In this document: piece by piece, positions 39,752 through 49,558 of the stretch
Layout: every line of letters begins with the position of its first letter
Numbering within the stretch: position 1 is the stretch's first letter
Origin: an uncultured Clostridia bacterium
Lineage (GTDB): Bacteria; Bacillota; Clostridia; TANB77; CAG-508
Assembly: GCA_934141445.1 (NCBI GenBank)
Contig: CAKPCF010000008.1
Coordinates: forward strand, 99-64,098
DNA: 64,000 bases
Reading direction: 5' to 3'
Program-made: the position numbers and the translations under genes
The notes under the pieces: model-generated
What the model saw: the letters and a program-made list of their open reading frames with translations, nothing else
The model's database searches: none
Told to the model about the DNA's origin: nothing

Positions 39752-39777
39752 GAGCCTCCAGACTGGGGGCTCTTTTT
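39752..39777 (+). terminator. GC-rich rho-independent terminator of the island gene
   Basis: GAGCCTCC (39752-39759) pairs with GGGGGCTC (39765-39772), then a T5 run. Confidence 0.75.
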
Positions 39778-39805
39778 CCATGGGAAAAATCATATCTAAA
39801 ATACA

Positions 39806-39850
39806 TTTACAATTGTGCCACAAAATAATAAAAATGGGCACAATTGTAAA
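39806..39850. terminator. Perfect 14-bp inverted repeat downstream of the radical-SAM gene
   Basis: TTTACAATTGTGCC (39806-39819) pairs with GGCACAATTGTAAA (39837-39850). It ends 3 nt from the minus-strand stop codon. Confidence 0.6.
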
Positions 39851-39852
39851 TA

Positions 39853-40819
39853 TTAAAATTTGCATCCTTGCCATAAATCTTTCTCACGTAGTATTTTATC
39901 AATTCCATTTAAAATCCATTTTTTATGAGAGTTCCATTCAGGAGCAACTAGCAATTCTTTGGGAGCATCACCATTTATTCTATGAATTATTATGTTAGGG
40001 TTTAGGTTAGTAAGAATCATTTCTAAACAGTTTAAGTAGTATTCAAGAGATATAGGAATATATTGCTTGTTTAAATACATTTCTTCCAATTTAGTGTTTT
40101 TAACAATGTATGTAGAATGAATTTTTATACCTTGAATATCAAAGCTATTTATGAATTTTACAGTGTTCATAACATCTTTAATTGTTTCATTTGGTAATCC
40201 TACCATGATGTGAGAAACTATATCTATGTTATATTTTCTTAATAGATGTACAGCTTTTTCAAAATCTGTAGTGTTATATCCACGATTTATCAAATTTCCT
40301 GTAATGTTATTAGAGGTTTGTAAGCCTAATTCTACGCATACATAATATTTTTGGGAATATGAATGTAAAAGTTTTACAATTTCTTCATTGATACAATCTG
40401 GGCGTGTTGCAACTTCAATTCCAACAATTCTTTTATCTATAAGAGCAGAATCATATTTTTGTTTTAAATTTTCAATTGTATCATAGGTATTAGTAAAATT
40501 TTGAAAATATACAATAAATTTATTTGCACGAGTACTTTTGTAGCTGTTAAAATAATTTTCAACTTGTTTTCTAATTGAGTTAGTAACTTCTGTAATATAT
40601 GATGTATTAGATAAGCTATTTATTACATCAGAGTTTCCGGCAATTCTACGGATGTGTTCGCCAGAACCTTTTTCACTACAAAAAATACAGCCACTTGTTC
40701 CGACATGATCCATCTCTGTTTGGACATGTAAAATGACCATCAATACATATTTTTAAAGTTCTCTCTCCAAATTTTTCTTTTAAAAATTTATTTAAATGAT
40801 TATATCTATCTTTTTCCAT
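39853..40819 (-). pseudogene. TIGR01212-type radical SAM protein (YhcC-like), frameshifted near the CxxxCxxC region
   Basis: The N-terminal 47 codons run from ATG 40819 (MEKDRYNHLNKFLKEKFGERTLKICIDGHFTCPNRDGS...) and stop at 40676. The remainder (....VGTSGCIFCSEKGSGEH...) is in another frame (ORF 39853..40743). Joining them needs a 1-nt correction around 40702-40712. Confidence 0.75.
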
Positions 40820-41059
40820 AAATGTAGTATACCAAAATAATGCTTGGAATACAAATAAAATATAATATTTTATATTAAGTAATAGCTTTTTACCAAAAAT
40901 GTGATATAATAATTAATGCAAAACTGACTGAACCGTATATTGATTTTTGCAAATATATCTCATATAATATTTTTGCAAATTGATTAGTAAAAAATAAAAT
41001 TATAGTATGATTCAGAAATACTGTTATTCATAATATATAAATAAAGTTAGGAGGTAATT

Positions 41060-41641
41060 ATGAACAACTTAATAGAAATTCGTTGGCATGGTAGAGGCGG
41101 ACAAGGTGCAAAAACAGCTTCTTTACTTTTAGCTGATGCTGCATTTAATACAGGAAAATATATTCAAGGCTTTCCAGAATATGGACCAGAAAGAATGGGT
41201 GCTCCAATTACGGCATACAATCGTATAAGTGATGAACCAATAACTGTTCATAGCAATATTTATTATCCAGATTATGTTGTAGTTGTTGATGATACTTTAT
41301 TAGATTCTGTTGATGTTACAGCAGGATTAAAAGAAGATGGAGCAATAGTAATAAATTCAACTTTAGAAAATAGTGTTTTAAAAGAAAAATTAAAAGGATA
41401 TTCTGGAGCAATTTATAAAATTGATGCAAGAAAAATTTCAATGGAAACTTTAGGAAGATATTTCCCTAATACACCAATGCTTGCAGCAATTGTAAAAGTT
41501 TCAAAAGTTATGCCAGAAGAAGCTTTCTTAGAAGATATGATTGGTTCATTTAAACATAAATTTGCTAAAAAACCAGATGTTATAGATGGAAATATGAAAG
41601 CTTTACAAATGGCTTTAAAAGAAGTAGAAAAAATCAATTAG
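41060..41641 (+). CDS. 2-oxoacid:ferredoxin oxidoreductase, gamma subunit (Por/Vor type)
   Basis: RBS GGAGG. IRWHGRGGQGAKTAS motif. First gene of a gamma-delta-alpha-beta operon. Confidence 0.9.
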   Translation: MNNLIEIRWHGRGGQGAKTASLLLADAAFNTGKYIQGFPEYGPERMGAPITAYNRISDEPITVHSNIYYPDYVVVVDDTLLDSVDVTAGLKEDGAIVINSTLENSVLKEKLKGYSGAIYKIDARKISMETLGRYFPNTPMLAAIVKVSKVMPEEAFLEDMIGSFKHKFAKKPDVIDGNMKALQMALKEVEKIN

Positions 41642-41656
41642 AAAGGATAAATAGAT

Positions 41657-41947
41657 ATGACTGAAGATAGAATAAATAAAAATACTCCATATCAAGATTT
41701 AACAATTGGAGGAAATATTTATGAAGCTGGTAATGCAAGAGAATTTAAGACAGGTGATTGGCGTTCTTCAAAACCTATTTTTAAATCAGAACTTTGTAAA
41801 CAATGCGGACTTTGTTTTCCAGTATGTCCAGATGATGCAATACCAGTAAATAAAGATTGTAAAAGAGAAGATTTTAATTATGATGCTTGTAAAGGTTGTG
41901 GCGTTTGTGCAAAAGTTTGTCCTTTTAAAGCAATAGTAATGGAATAG
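41657..41947 (+). CDS. 2-oxoacid:ferredoxin oxidoreductase, delta subunit (2x4Fe-4S)
   Basis: 96 aa. CKQCGLCFPVCP and CKGCGVCAKVCP motifs. Confidence 0.9.
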   Translation: MTEDRINKNTPYQDLTIGGNIYEAGNAREFKTGDWRSSKPIFKSELCKQCGLCFPVCPDDAIPVNKDCKREDFNYDACKGCGVCAKVCPFKAIVME

Positions 41948-41960
41948 AAAGGAAGTTAAT

Positions 41961-43148
41961 ATGGGAATAAGAGAAAGATTAAGTGGTAACGAAGCTGCCG
42001 CAACAGCAATGAAACAAATAAATCCAGATGTTGTTGCTGCATTTCCAATTACACCATCAACAGAGATACCTCAATATTTTTCAACTTTTGTAAGTAATGG
42101 ATTAGTAGATACAGAATTTGTTGCAGTTGAAAGTGAACATAGTGCTATGAGTGCTTGTATTGGTGCTGAAGCGGCTGGTGTAAGAGCAATGACAGCTACA
42201 TCAGCAAATGGACTATCTTTAATGTGGGAAATGATATACATAGCATCAAGTTTAAGATTACCAATAGTAATGTCTTTAGTAAATAGAGCTGTTTCAGGAC
42301 CTTTAAATATTCATTGTGATCATTCTGATGCAATGGGAGTTAGAGATAGTGGTTGGATACAATTATTTTCAGAAACAAACCAAGAAGCTTATGATAATTT
42401 AATTATGGCTCATAGAATTGCAGAACATAAAGATGTTTTACTTCCACTTATGGTTTGCCAAGATGGATTTATCACATCACATTCAATTGAAAATATTGAA
42501 CTTATTGAAGATGAAAAAGTAAAAGAGTTTGTTGGAAAATATCAACCAGAGCATTATTTATTAAATAAACAAGAGCCTATGGCTGTAGGACCTTTAGATT
42601 TGCAAGCATATTTGTTTGAACATAAAGCACAACAAGGCAAAGCAATGGAAAAGGCAAAAGATGTTATATTAGAAGTTGCTAAAGACTTTGAAAAATTAAC
42701 AGGAAGAAAATATGGTTTCTTTGAAGAATATAAATTAGATGATGCTGAAATAGCAATAGTCTGCATGAATTCAACTGCTGGAACAGCAAAAGCTACTGTA
42801 AATAAATTAAGAGAAAAAGGTATAAAGGCTGGACTATTAAAGATTAGAGTATTTAGACCTTTCCCAGCAAAAGAAATTGCAGAAGCATTAAAAGGTTTAA
42901 AAGCCGTTGCAGTTTTAGATAAAGCTGATTCATTAAATGCTGCTGGTGGAGCTTTATTTGAAGATGTTACTTCAGGAATGTTTGTAAATAATATTCAAGT
43001 TCCAACAGTAAATTACATTTACGGAATTGGTGGAAGAGATACAACTGTTGAAGATTTAGAGACAGTTTATGAAGATTTATTAAAAATAAAAGATGAAGGA
43101 AAAATTGAAAGACCTTATAGATATTTGGGATTAAGGGGGGATAAATAA
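41961..43148 (+). CDS. 2-oxoacid:ferredoxin oxidoreductase, alpha subunit
   Basis: 395 aa. LSGNEAAATAMKQINPDVVAAFPITPSTEI is a typical PorA N-terminus. Confidence 0.9.
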   Translation: MGIRERLSGNEAAATAMKQINPDVVAAFPITPSTEIPQYFSTFVSNGLVDTEFVAVESEHSAMSACIGAEAAGVRAMTATSANGLSLMWEMIYIASSLRLPIVMSLVNRAVSGPLNIHCDHSDAMGVRDSGWIQLFSETNQEAYDNLIMAHRIAEHKDVLLPLMVCQDGFITSHSIENIELIEDEKVKEFVGKYQPEHYLLNKQEPMAVGPLDLQAYLFEHKAQQGKAMEKAKDVILEVAKDFEKLTGRKYGFFEEYKLDDAEIAIVCMNSTAGTAKATVNKLREKGIKAGLLKIRVFRPFPAKEIAEALKGLKAVAVLDKADSLNAAGGALFEDVTSGMFVNNIQVPTVNYIYGIGGRDTTVEDLETVYEDLLKIKDEGKIERPYRYLGLRGDK

Positions 43149-44104
43149 TGGCATATAATCATAAAGAAGTTGTTGCAAATAGACCATCAAGATTTACTTC
43201 AGGACATAGAATGTGTGCAGGCTGTGGAGCACCAGCTGTTGCAAGAATGATACTTCGTGCGGTAAAACCAGAAGACCATGTTGTTGTTTCAAATGCTACT
43301 GGTTGTATGGAAGTTTCTACATTTTTATATCCATATTCAGCTTGGACTGATTCATATATTCATACAGCTTTTGAGAATGCCGCAGCAACATTATCAGGAG
43401 TTGAAGCAGCTTATAAAGCAATGAAAGCAACAGGAAAATTACCAAAAGACGAAGTTACCAAATTTATAGCTTTTGGTGGAGATGGTGGCACTTATGATAT
43501 TGGACTTCAAAGTTTATCTGGCGCAATGGAAAGAGGACATGATATGCTTTATGTTTGCTATGATAATGGAGCATATATGAATACTGGTATTCAACGTTCA
43601 TCAGCAACACCAAGATTTGCAGATACTACAACATCACCAGCAGGTACAAAGATACCTGGAAAGATGCAATCACGTAAAGATTTAGCAAAAATTATGGTTG
43701 GACATCATTTACCTTATGTAGCTCAAACTTTAGCTTATACAAACTTTAAAGATTTGTATGAAAAAGCAGAAAAAGCAATTTATACAGAAGGACCAACTTT
43801 CTTAAATGTATTAGCTCCTTGCCCAAGAGGTTGGGGATATAATACAGAAGATTTAATGCAAATAAACAAACTTGCTGTAGAAACTTGCTACTGGCCTCTA
43901 TATGAAGTTGTAGATGGAGTATATCATATAACATATAAACCAGCTAAAAAGCTTCCAATAGAAGAATTTTTGAAACCACAAAAAAGATTTAAACACATGT
44001 TTAAACCAGGAAATGAGTGGATGATTGAAGCATTCCAAAAAGAAGTTGATGATAGATGGCAAGAGCTTTTAGATTTAGAGGAAATGACTAATAAAAAAGA
44101 TTAA
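43148..44104 (+). CDS. 2-oxoacid:ferredoxin oxidoreductase, beta subunit (TPP-binding)
   Basis: CAGCG, GGDGGTYDIG (TPP motif) and CYDNGAYMNTG. ATG overlaps the alpha-subunit stop. Confidence 0.9.
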   Translation: MAYNHKEVVANRPSRFTSGHRMCAGCGAPAVARMILRAVKPEDHVVVSNATGCMEVSTFLYPYSAWTDSYIHTAFENAAATLSGVEAAYKAMKATGKLPKDEVTKFIAFGGDGGTYDIGLQSLSGAMERGHDMLYVCYDNGAYMNTGIQRSSATPRFADTTTSPAGTKIPGKMQSRKDLAKIMVGHHLPYVAQTLAYTNFKDLYEKAEKAIYTEGPTFLNVLAPCPRGWGYNTEDLMQINKLAVETCYWPLYEVVDGVYHITYKPAKKLPIEEFLKPQKRFKHMFKPGNEWMIEAFQKEVDDRWQELLDLEEMTNKKD

Positions 44105-44132
44105 GATGATAAATTTGTATATATAGGGAAAT

Positions 44133-44171
44133 AAGCGGTATATTGAGTGAGAACTGAATATATCGCTTTTT
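44133..44171 (+). terminator. Terminator after oxidoreductase operon
   Basis: AAGCGGTATATT pairs with AATATATCGCTT (one mismatch), followed by TTTT. Confidence 0.65.
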
Positions 44172-44296
44172 ATATAATGAAAGAGAGTATTAAACTCAAA
44201 TCTGAATATTTGAAGATAAATTAGAGGCAGAATGATTAAAAATATCGAATAGTAACAAATTGTTACAAAAATATTACAAAAAAAATCTTATACGCA

Positions 44297-44325
44297 TTGA
44301 CTTTTTATGAAAAAAAATATAATAT
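44297..44325 (+). promoter_or_regulatory. Candidate promoter of minDE-rodA
   Basis: TTGACT (44297-44302), 17-nt spacer, TAATAT (44320-44325). Confidence 0.45.
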
Positions 44326-44423
44326 ATATAAGTAAAATTAAGATGAGATTTTTTGATTTTAAATCACAAGATTTTTTAAAACTGAAAAAAGTATTATCGA
44401 ATGGATTTTAAGGAGGATAACTA

Positions 44424-45218
44424 ATGGGAGAAGTTATTGTAATAACATCAGGAAAAGGTGGAGTTGGAAAAACAACGACAACAGCGAATTTAGGTTCTGC
44501 ATTAGCTTTAGCTGGAAAAAAAGTAGCTTTAGTAGATACAGACATTGGATTAAGAAATTTAGATGTTGTTATGGGACTAGAAAACAGAATTGTATATGAT
44601 TTAGTAGATGTAATTGAAGAAAAGTGTAAATTAAGACAAGCTTTAATAAAAGATAAGAGATTTAAAGAACTTTTCTTACTTCCTGCTGCACAAACTAAAG
44701 ATAAAACTGCAATTAACGAAGAACAAATGAAGGAATTAGTTAAAAAATTAAAAGAAGAATTTGATTATATATTGATTGATTGTCCAGCTGGAATCGAACA
44801 AGGTTTTAAGAATGCAATTGCTGGTGCTGATAGAGCTTTAGTTGTAACAACTGCTGAAATATCAGCAATTCGTGATGCAGATAGAATAATCGGTTTATTA
44901 GAATCATCTGAAATTAAAAATCCAGAGTTAATAGTAAATAGATTAAAACCTAATATGGTTAGACGTGGTGAAATGATGGATGTTGATGATATAGTTGATT
45001 TATTATCAATTAGTTTAATTGGAGTAGTTCCAGATGATGAATACATTATCACACAAACTAATAAAGGAGAGCCTGTTATTTCTAATAAAAAGGCTCCAGC
45101 AGGAAAAGCTTATATAGAAATATCAAGAAGAATATTAGGAGAGAATATAGAAGTTACAGTACCTGGAAAGGAAACTGGTTTCTTTGCAAGACTAAAAAGA
45201 TTATTTGGAAAAGCTTAA
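44424..45218 (+). CDS. minD: Septum site-determining ATPase MinD
   Basis: RBS AAGGAGG. Deviant Walker A GKGGVGKTT. C-terminal amphipathic helix FFARLKRLFGKA. Confidence 0.95.
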   Translation: MGEVIVITSGKGGVGKTTTTANLGSALALAGKKVALVDTDIGLRNLDVVMGLENRIVYDLVDVIEEKCKLRQALIKDKRFKELFLLPAAQTKDKTAINEEQMKELVKKLKEEFDYILIDCPAGIEQGFKNAIAGADRALVVTTAEISAIRDADRIIGLLESSEIKNPELIVNRLKPNMVRRGEMMDVDDIVDLLSISLIGVVPDDEYIITQTNKGEPVISNKKAPAGKAYIEISRRILGENIEVTVPGKETGFFARLKRLFGKA

Positions 45219-45245
45219 ATCATAATCAGAGGGGAAGAAAAGAAG

Positions 45246-46064
45246 ATGTTTGAAAATTTTGGAAATTTTTTCAAAAAAATGGTTAAGCCAGAAAATGTAG
45301 AAGAAGTAGAATCTAAAGAAGCAGCAAAAGAAAGATTACAATTAGTTTTAATGCAAGATAGAGCTAATGTATCAGCTGATTTTTTAGAACTTATGAAACA
45401 AGAAATTATAGATGTTATTAAGAAATATATAGAAGTTGATGAAAAAGCAATTGATGTCAGATTAACAACGCAAGTCAATTCAGATGGTACAAATGGAGCT
45501 CCTCTATTATACGCAAATATTCCAATAGTAAATATAAAGAATGAGGCAAAAGGTGAAAAAAATAGAGAACTATTAAAGAACGAAAATAAAGAAGTAATTC
45601 CTACAGAACATGAAAAAATAGAAGAAAAAATTGAAAAAAATATAGAAGATACAAGAGCTAATTTAATAGATGAGAAAATATTAAAAGAATTAAATGGTGA
45701 AATTATTTCTGATGAAAATAACTCAAAAATTGTTGAAGAAAATATAGAAGTTTCTTTGCCAAATGAAACAGAGGAAGATAAAGAAATAAAAGAAGTGATT
45801 CCTGAAGATAATACAAAATCTGATTTGAAAGATAAAGAAGATGTGGAAACACCTAAGGAAGTAGAGAAAATTGTAATATCAACAGAATATGATATGAATG
45901 ATGAACTTCTTAAAAATATAGATGAATTAGACTATGATGATGACGATGATGATGATGTAACATTTGATGATTTATTAAAAGCTGCTGAAGAAGCAGATTT
46001 AGAAGAAAATATAAAAGAAGAAAAAGCTAAAACAGAGAAGAAAAAAACTAAAAAGAAAAAATAA
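45246..46064 (+). CDS. minE: MinE topological specificity factor with ~170-aa acidic/Lys-rich C-terminal extension
   Basis: The first ~95 aa look like MinE (FFKK...SKEAAKERLQLVLMQDRANVSADFLELMKQEIIDVIKKYIEV). The rest is Glu/Lys/Asp low complexity and includes DYDDDDDDDV. Confidence 0.8.
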   Translation: MFENFGNFFKKMVKPENVEEVESKEAAKERLQLVLMQDRANVSADFLELMKQEIIDVIKKYIEVDEKAIDVRLTTQVNSDGTNGAPLLYANIPIVNIKNEAKGEKNRELLKNENKEVIPTEHEKIEEKIEKNIEDTRANLIDEKILKELNGEIISDENNSKIVEENIEVSLPNETEEDKEIKEVIPEDNTKSDLKDKEDVETPKEVEKIVISTEYDMNDELLKNIDELDYDDDDDDDVTFDDLLKAAEEADLEENIKEEKAKTEKKKTKKKK

Positions 46065-46105
46065 TTTTAACGAAAGAAAACAAAAGAATTTGAAGGGAAG
46101 AAAGA

Positions 46106-47212
46106 ATGAGAAATAAATTACTGAAAAATACGGAATGGGCTGTATTGATTGTGAGTATAATCTTATTCATAATTGGGGCTGTAGCTTTATTTTCAGCAAC
46201 TCAAACTACAGAATTAGATGAGTTTATAAAGCAGATAAGATGGTTTTGTATAAGTATTCCTTTTCTAATATTAGCTATGACAATAGACTACAATATAATA
46301 GTAAAATTTTCACCTTTGCTGTATGTAATTAGTATAGGCATGTTGATAGGTGTATTATTTACAAAACCAATAAGTGGAGCTTCCAGCTGGTTTAAAATAG
46401 GAAAATCTTTTACTTTTCAACCTTCGGAAATAGCTAAAATTGCAGTAATTTTATTTATGGCTTTTATATTAAATAAGTTACAACTAAAAGGAAGAAAAGA
46501 AATAAACAAAATTTGGAAATTATTTATATATTTTTTATTTATGGCAATACCAATTCTTTTGGTAATTAAGCAACCAGATTATGGAACTGCTATGGCTTTT
46601 ATTACAGCTTTATTATGTATGTTATTTGTGTCTGGATTAGATAAAAGATATATTATATTTGCAGTTATAGTAATTGCAGTTGCAGCTCCAATTATTTATA
46701 CGCATTTACCAGCACATGCTATATCAAGAATTGATAGCTTCTTACATCCAGAAAAGGATATAAGAGGTGCTTCATATAATATGTATCAATCAAAACTTGC
46801 AATAGGAGCAGGACAGGCTTTTGGAATGGGATTACTAAAAGGAAATCAAACTCAACTTGGTTTTTTATATCCAAAGACAACTGATTTTATATTTGCTGTT
46901 ATTGGTGAGGAACTTGGATTTGTTGCAACAGGTACAATTGTTATTTTATATATAATTCTTATAACAAAGGCAATATATATAGCTAAAACGGCAAAGGATA
47001 ATATTGGTTCATATATAGCAATAGGAATTGCTGGCATGTTCATTTTTTACATGGTAGAAAATATAGGAATGACAATAGGACTTTTACCAATTACTGGTGT
47101 TCCATTACCATTTGTAAGCTATGGTGGAACTTCATTAGTAACGAATTTTATAAGTATAGGACTATTATTAAACATTAGTTCTAGACGACAAAAAGCAATT
47201 TTTATGGGGTAA
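46106..47212 (+). CDS. rodA: SEDS-family peptidoglycan polymerase RodA
   Basis: 368 aa, about 10 TM. QPDYGTA and PLPFVSYGGTS motifs. Position after minDE. Confidence 0.9.
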   Translation: MRNKLLKNTEWAVLIVSIILFIIGAVALFSATQTTELDEFIKQIRWFCISIPFLILAMTIDYNIIVKFSPLLYVISIGMLIGVLFTKPISGASSWFKIGKSFTFQPSEIAKIAVILFMAFILNKLQLKGRKEINKIWKLFIYFLFMAIPILLVIKQPDYGTAMAFITALLCMLFVSGLDKRYIIFAVIVIAVAAPIIYTHLPAHAISRIDSFLHPEKDIRGASYNMYQSKLAIGAGQAFGMGLLKGNQTQLGFLYPKTTDFIFAVIGEELGFVATGTIVILYIILITKAIYIAKTAKDNIGSYIAIGIAGMFIFYMVENIGMTIGLLPITGVPLPFVSYGGTSLVTNFISIGLLLNISSRRQKAIFMG

Positions 47213-47215
47213 AAT

Positions 47216-48193
47216 ATGTATTTAAAAAAATTAAAAATTGGAAATTTAACTTTAGATAACAATTTGATATTAGCTCCAATGGCAGGTGTAACAGACCTGC
47301 CTTTTCGTATTATTTGTAAGAAATATGGAAATCCAGGACTAATATGTAATGAAATGGTTAGTGCAAAAGCGATTTGCTATAATGATGAGAAAACTAAAGC
47401 AATGCTTAATTATAATGAAATCGAAAGACCAATATCTATGCAAATATTTGGAAATGAACCTGAAATAATGGGGAAAGCGGCTGGAATAGTTAGCGAAATT
47501 TCAGATATTTTAGATATAAATATGGGATGTCCAGCACCAAAAGTGGTAAAAAATGGAGATGGAAGCAAACTTTTGCTAAATTTAGAATTAGTAGAAAATA
47601 TTGTAAAAGAAGTTGTAAAAAACTCTAAAAAACCTGTAACAGTTAAGATAAGAAAAGGCTGGGATAGTGAACATATAGTTGCAGTTCAAGCTGCTCAAAT
47701 AATTGAAAAAGCTGGAGCTTCAGCAATTGTAATACATGGAAGAACTAGGGAAGAATATTATTCAGGAACTGCTGATTGGAATATTATAAAAGATGTAAAA
47801 GATGCTGTAAAAATACCTGTAATAGGAAATGGAGATATAAAGTCTGAAGAAGATGCTAAAAGGATGTTTGAAGAAACAGGTGTTGACGGAATAATGATTG
47901 GAAGAGCTAGCTTAGGAAATCCATGGATATTTTCAAAGATTAGATATTATTTAGAAACAGGGGAAAAATTGCTTCAAATTTCAAATGAAGAAATAAAATC
48001 TGTAATTTTAGAACATTTTAGTCTATTATTAGAAGAAAAAGGAGAATATGTAGCTACAAGAGAAATAAGAAAACATATTGCATGGTATGTTAAAGGTATG
48101 AAAAATGCTAGTGTATTTAGAGATGCAATAAATCAAGTAGACACAGCAAATAAGTTTTTTGAAATATTAGATGAATATTTTGGTACTTTATAA
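47216..48193 (+). CDS. dusB: tRNA-dihydrouridine synthase
   Basis: LAPMAGVTDLPFR, DINMGCP and HGRTR motifs. 325 aa. Confidence 0.9.
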   Translation: MYLKKLKIGNLTLDNNLILAPMAGVTDLPFRIICKKYGNPGLICNEMVSAKAICYNDEKTKAMLNYNEIERPISMQIFGNEPEIMGKAAGIVSEISDILDINMGCPAPKVVKNGDGSKLLLNLELVENIVKEVVKNSKKPVTVKIRKGWDSEHIVAVQAAQIIEKAGASAIVIHGRTREEYYSGTADWNIIKDVKDAVKIPVIGNGDIKSEEDAKRMFEETGVDGIMIGRASLGNPWIFSKIRYYLETGEKLLQISNEEIKSVILEHFSLLLEEKGEYVATREIRKHIAWYVKGMKNASVFRDAINQVDTANKFFEILDEYFGTL

Positions 48194-48224
48194 AATCATA
48201 AAAAATCATATTGAGAATATAATG

Positions 48225-48256
48225 AAACCGGATAGAGTTAATCTATTCGGTTTTTT
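48225..48256 (+). terminator. Terminator after dusB
   Basis: AAACCGGATAGA pairs with TCTATTCGGTTT (one mismatch), then a T run. Confidence 0.75.
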
Positions 48257-48302
48257 GTGATGTTATGAAAGGAGTTAGTAATTAGCTCTTAAAGGGTTAA
48301 TT

Positions 48303-48917
48303 ATGGCAAATATGAAGTTATTTAAAGAAAAGAAAATTTTGATTTTTTTAATTTTTACTATTTTAATAATTTTTATATTTTTTTATTATAAAAATTATAT
48401 TACTGGTAATAATATAAGTATCAAAAACAATGAAGATGTTATTGCTTATGTTAAAAATATAAAGAATTATAAAGCAAATGCAATTGTTGTTATAAATAGT
48501 AATAAAACAGAAAATAGGTATGAAGTATATCAAGAAGTAAAATCAAATGGTAGTATTCAAATAGTAAAATCGCCAGAAGAATTGAAAAATCTAACGATAG
48601 AAAACGATTTAGGTGTAATAAAAGTAAAGAAAAGTAACTCTAATTTAGAAAAAGTATATAATGATTATGGAAAATATTTTTTAAATACAATGTATTTGAC
48701 AACTTTTTCAAAAAACTTAGAAAATGGAATTTTAGAAAGCTATGAAGAAAATGAAGATTTAATAGTAACAGTAAAAAATCTAGAAAATAATACATACGGT
48801 AAATATATTCAACTAATATTTAGCAAGAAAGAAAAAAGACCTGTGAAAATCGAAGTTAAAGATGAAAACAAAAAAACAACAATTTGCATATTATATACAG
48901 ATATAGAAATAAACTAA
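48303..48917 (+). CDS. Membrane-anchored hypothetical protein (possibly LolA-fold YdcC/GerS-like)
   Basis: N-terminal TM (ILIFLIFTILIIFIFFYY). Beta-rich 170-aa ectodomain. Its position upstream of mazF mirrors Bacillus ydcC. The family call is weak. Confidence 0.55.
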   Translation: MANMKLFKEKKILIFLIFTILIIFIFFYYKNYITGNNISIKNNEDVIAYVKNIKNYKANAIVVINSNKTENRYEVYQEVKSNGSIQIVKSPEELKNLTIENDLGVIKVKKSNSNLEKVYNDYGKYFLNTMYLTTFSKNLENGILESYEENEDLIVTVKNLENNTYGKYIQLIFSKKEKRPVKIEVKDENKKTTICILYTDIEIN

Positions 48918-48966
48918 ATAAGCATAGCAATAATTGCGTTCTATATGTAAAATAGGAGTGAAGAAA

Positions 48967-49317
48967 ATGGTAATAAAAAGAGGAGATATGTTTTATGCAG
49001 ATTTGAGCCCTGTAATAGGTTCAGAACAAGGTGGAATAAGACCAGTATTGATTATACAAAATGATATGGGAAATAAATATAGTCCAACAGTAATTGCAGC
49101 AGCGATTACATCACAAACTGGAAAAAATAAATTGCCAACTCATATAGAAATTGCATCAGATGCTAATGGTTTGAAATCTGATTCTGTAGTTCTTGCTGAA
49201 CAAATAAGAACTATTGATAAAAGTAGACTGAAAGAAAAAATAGGACATATTGATGATACAAATATTATGAGTAGAGTAAATAATGCAATAGGTATAAGTT
49301 TCGGACTGGAAGAGTGA
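48967..49317 (+). CDS. mazF: MazF/PemK (EndoA-like) endoribonuclease toxin
   Basis: ATG at 48967 follows [56 protein letters not shown]... matches the EndoA pattern closely. Confidence 0.9.
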   Translation: MVIKRGDMFYADLSPVIGSEQGGIRPVLIIQNDMGNKYSPTVIAAAITSQTGKNKLPTHIEIASDANGLKSDSVVLAEQIRTIDKSRLKEKIGHIDDTNIMSRVNNAIGISFGLEE

Positions 49318-49324
49318 TATATAG

Positions 49325-49363
49325 AAATCTCGTGGTTAGAATATAACTTCGAGATTTTTTTTT
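49325..49363 (+). terminator. Terminator after mazF
   Basis: AAATCTCG pairs with CGAGATTT as an 8-bp stem with a 17-nt loop. The T run extends to 49363. Confidence 0.75.
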
Positions 49364-49558
49364 GCAATTATTATGATTTCCACTTTTGTTATAGAAAGTT
49401 GTGTTGGAAATTTTTGGAAAACAAATTCATTTGATAATGCAATTTATAAATAGCTTAAAAATATAACAATTGTATAACATTATTGTCTTTAATTGAAGAG
49501 AAATTTTTTATATGGTAATATATTTATATAAATAATAGAGATTTAATTGAGGTAATGT

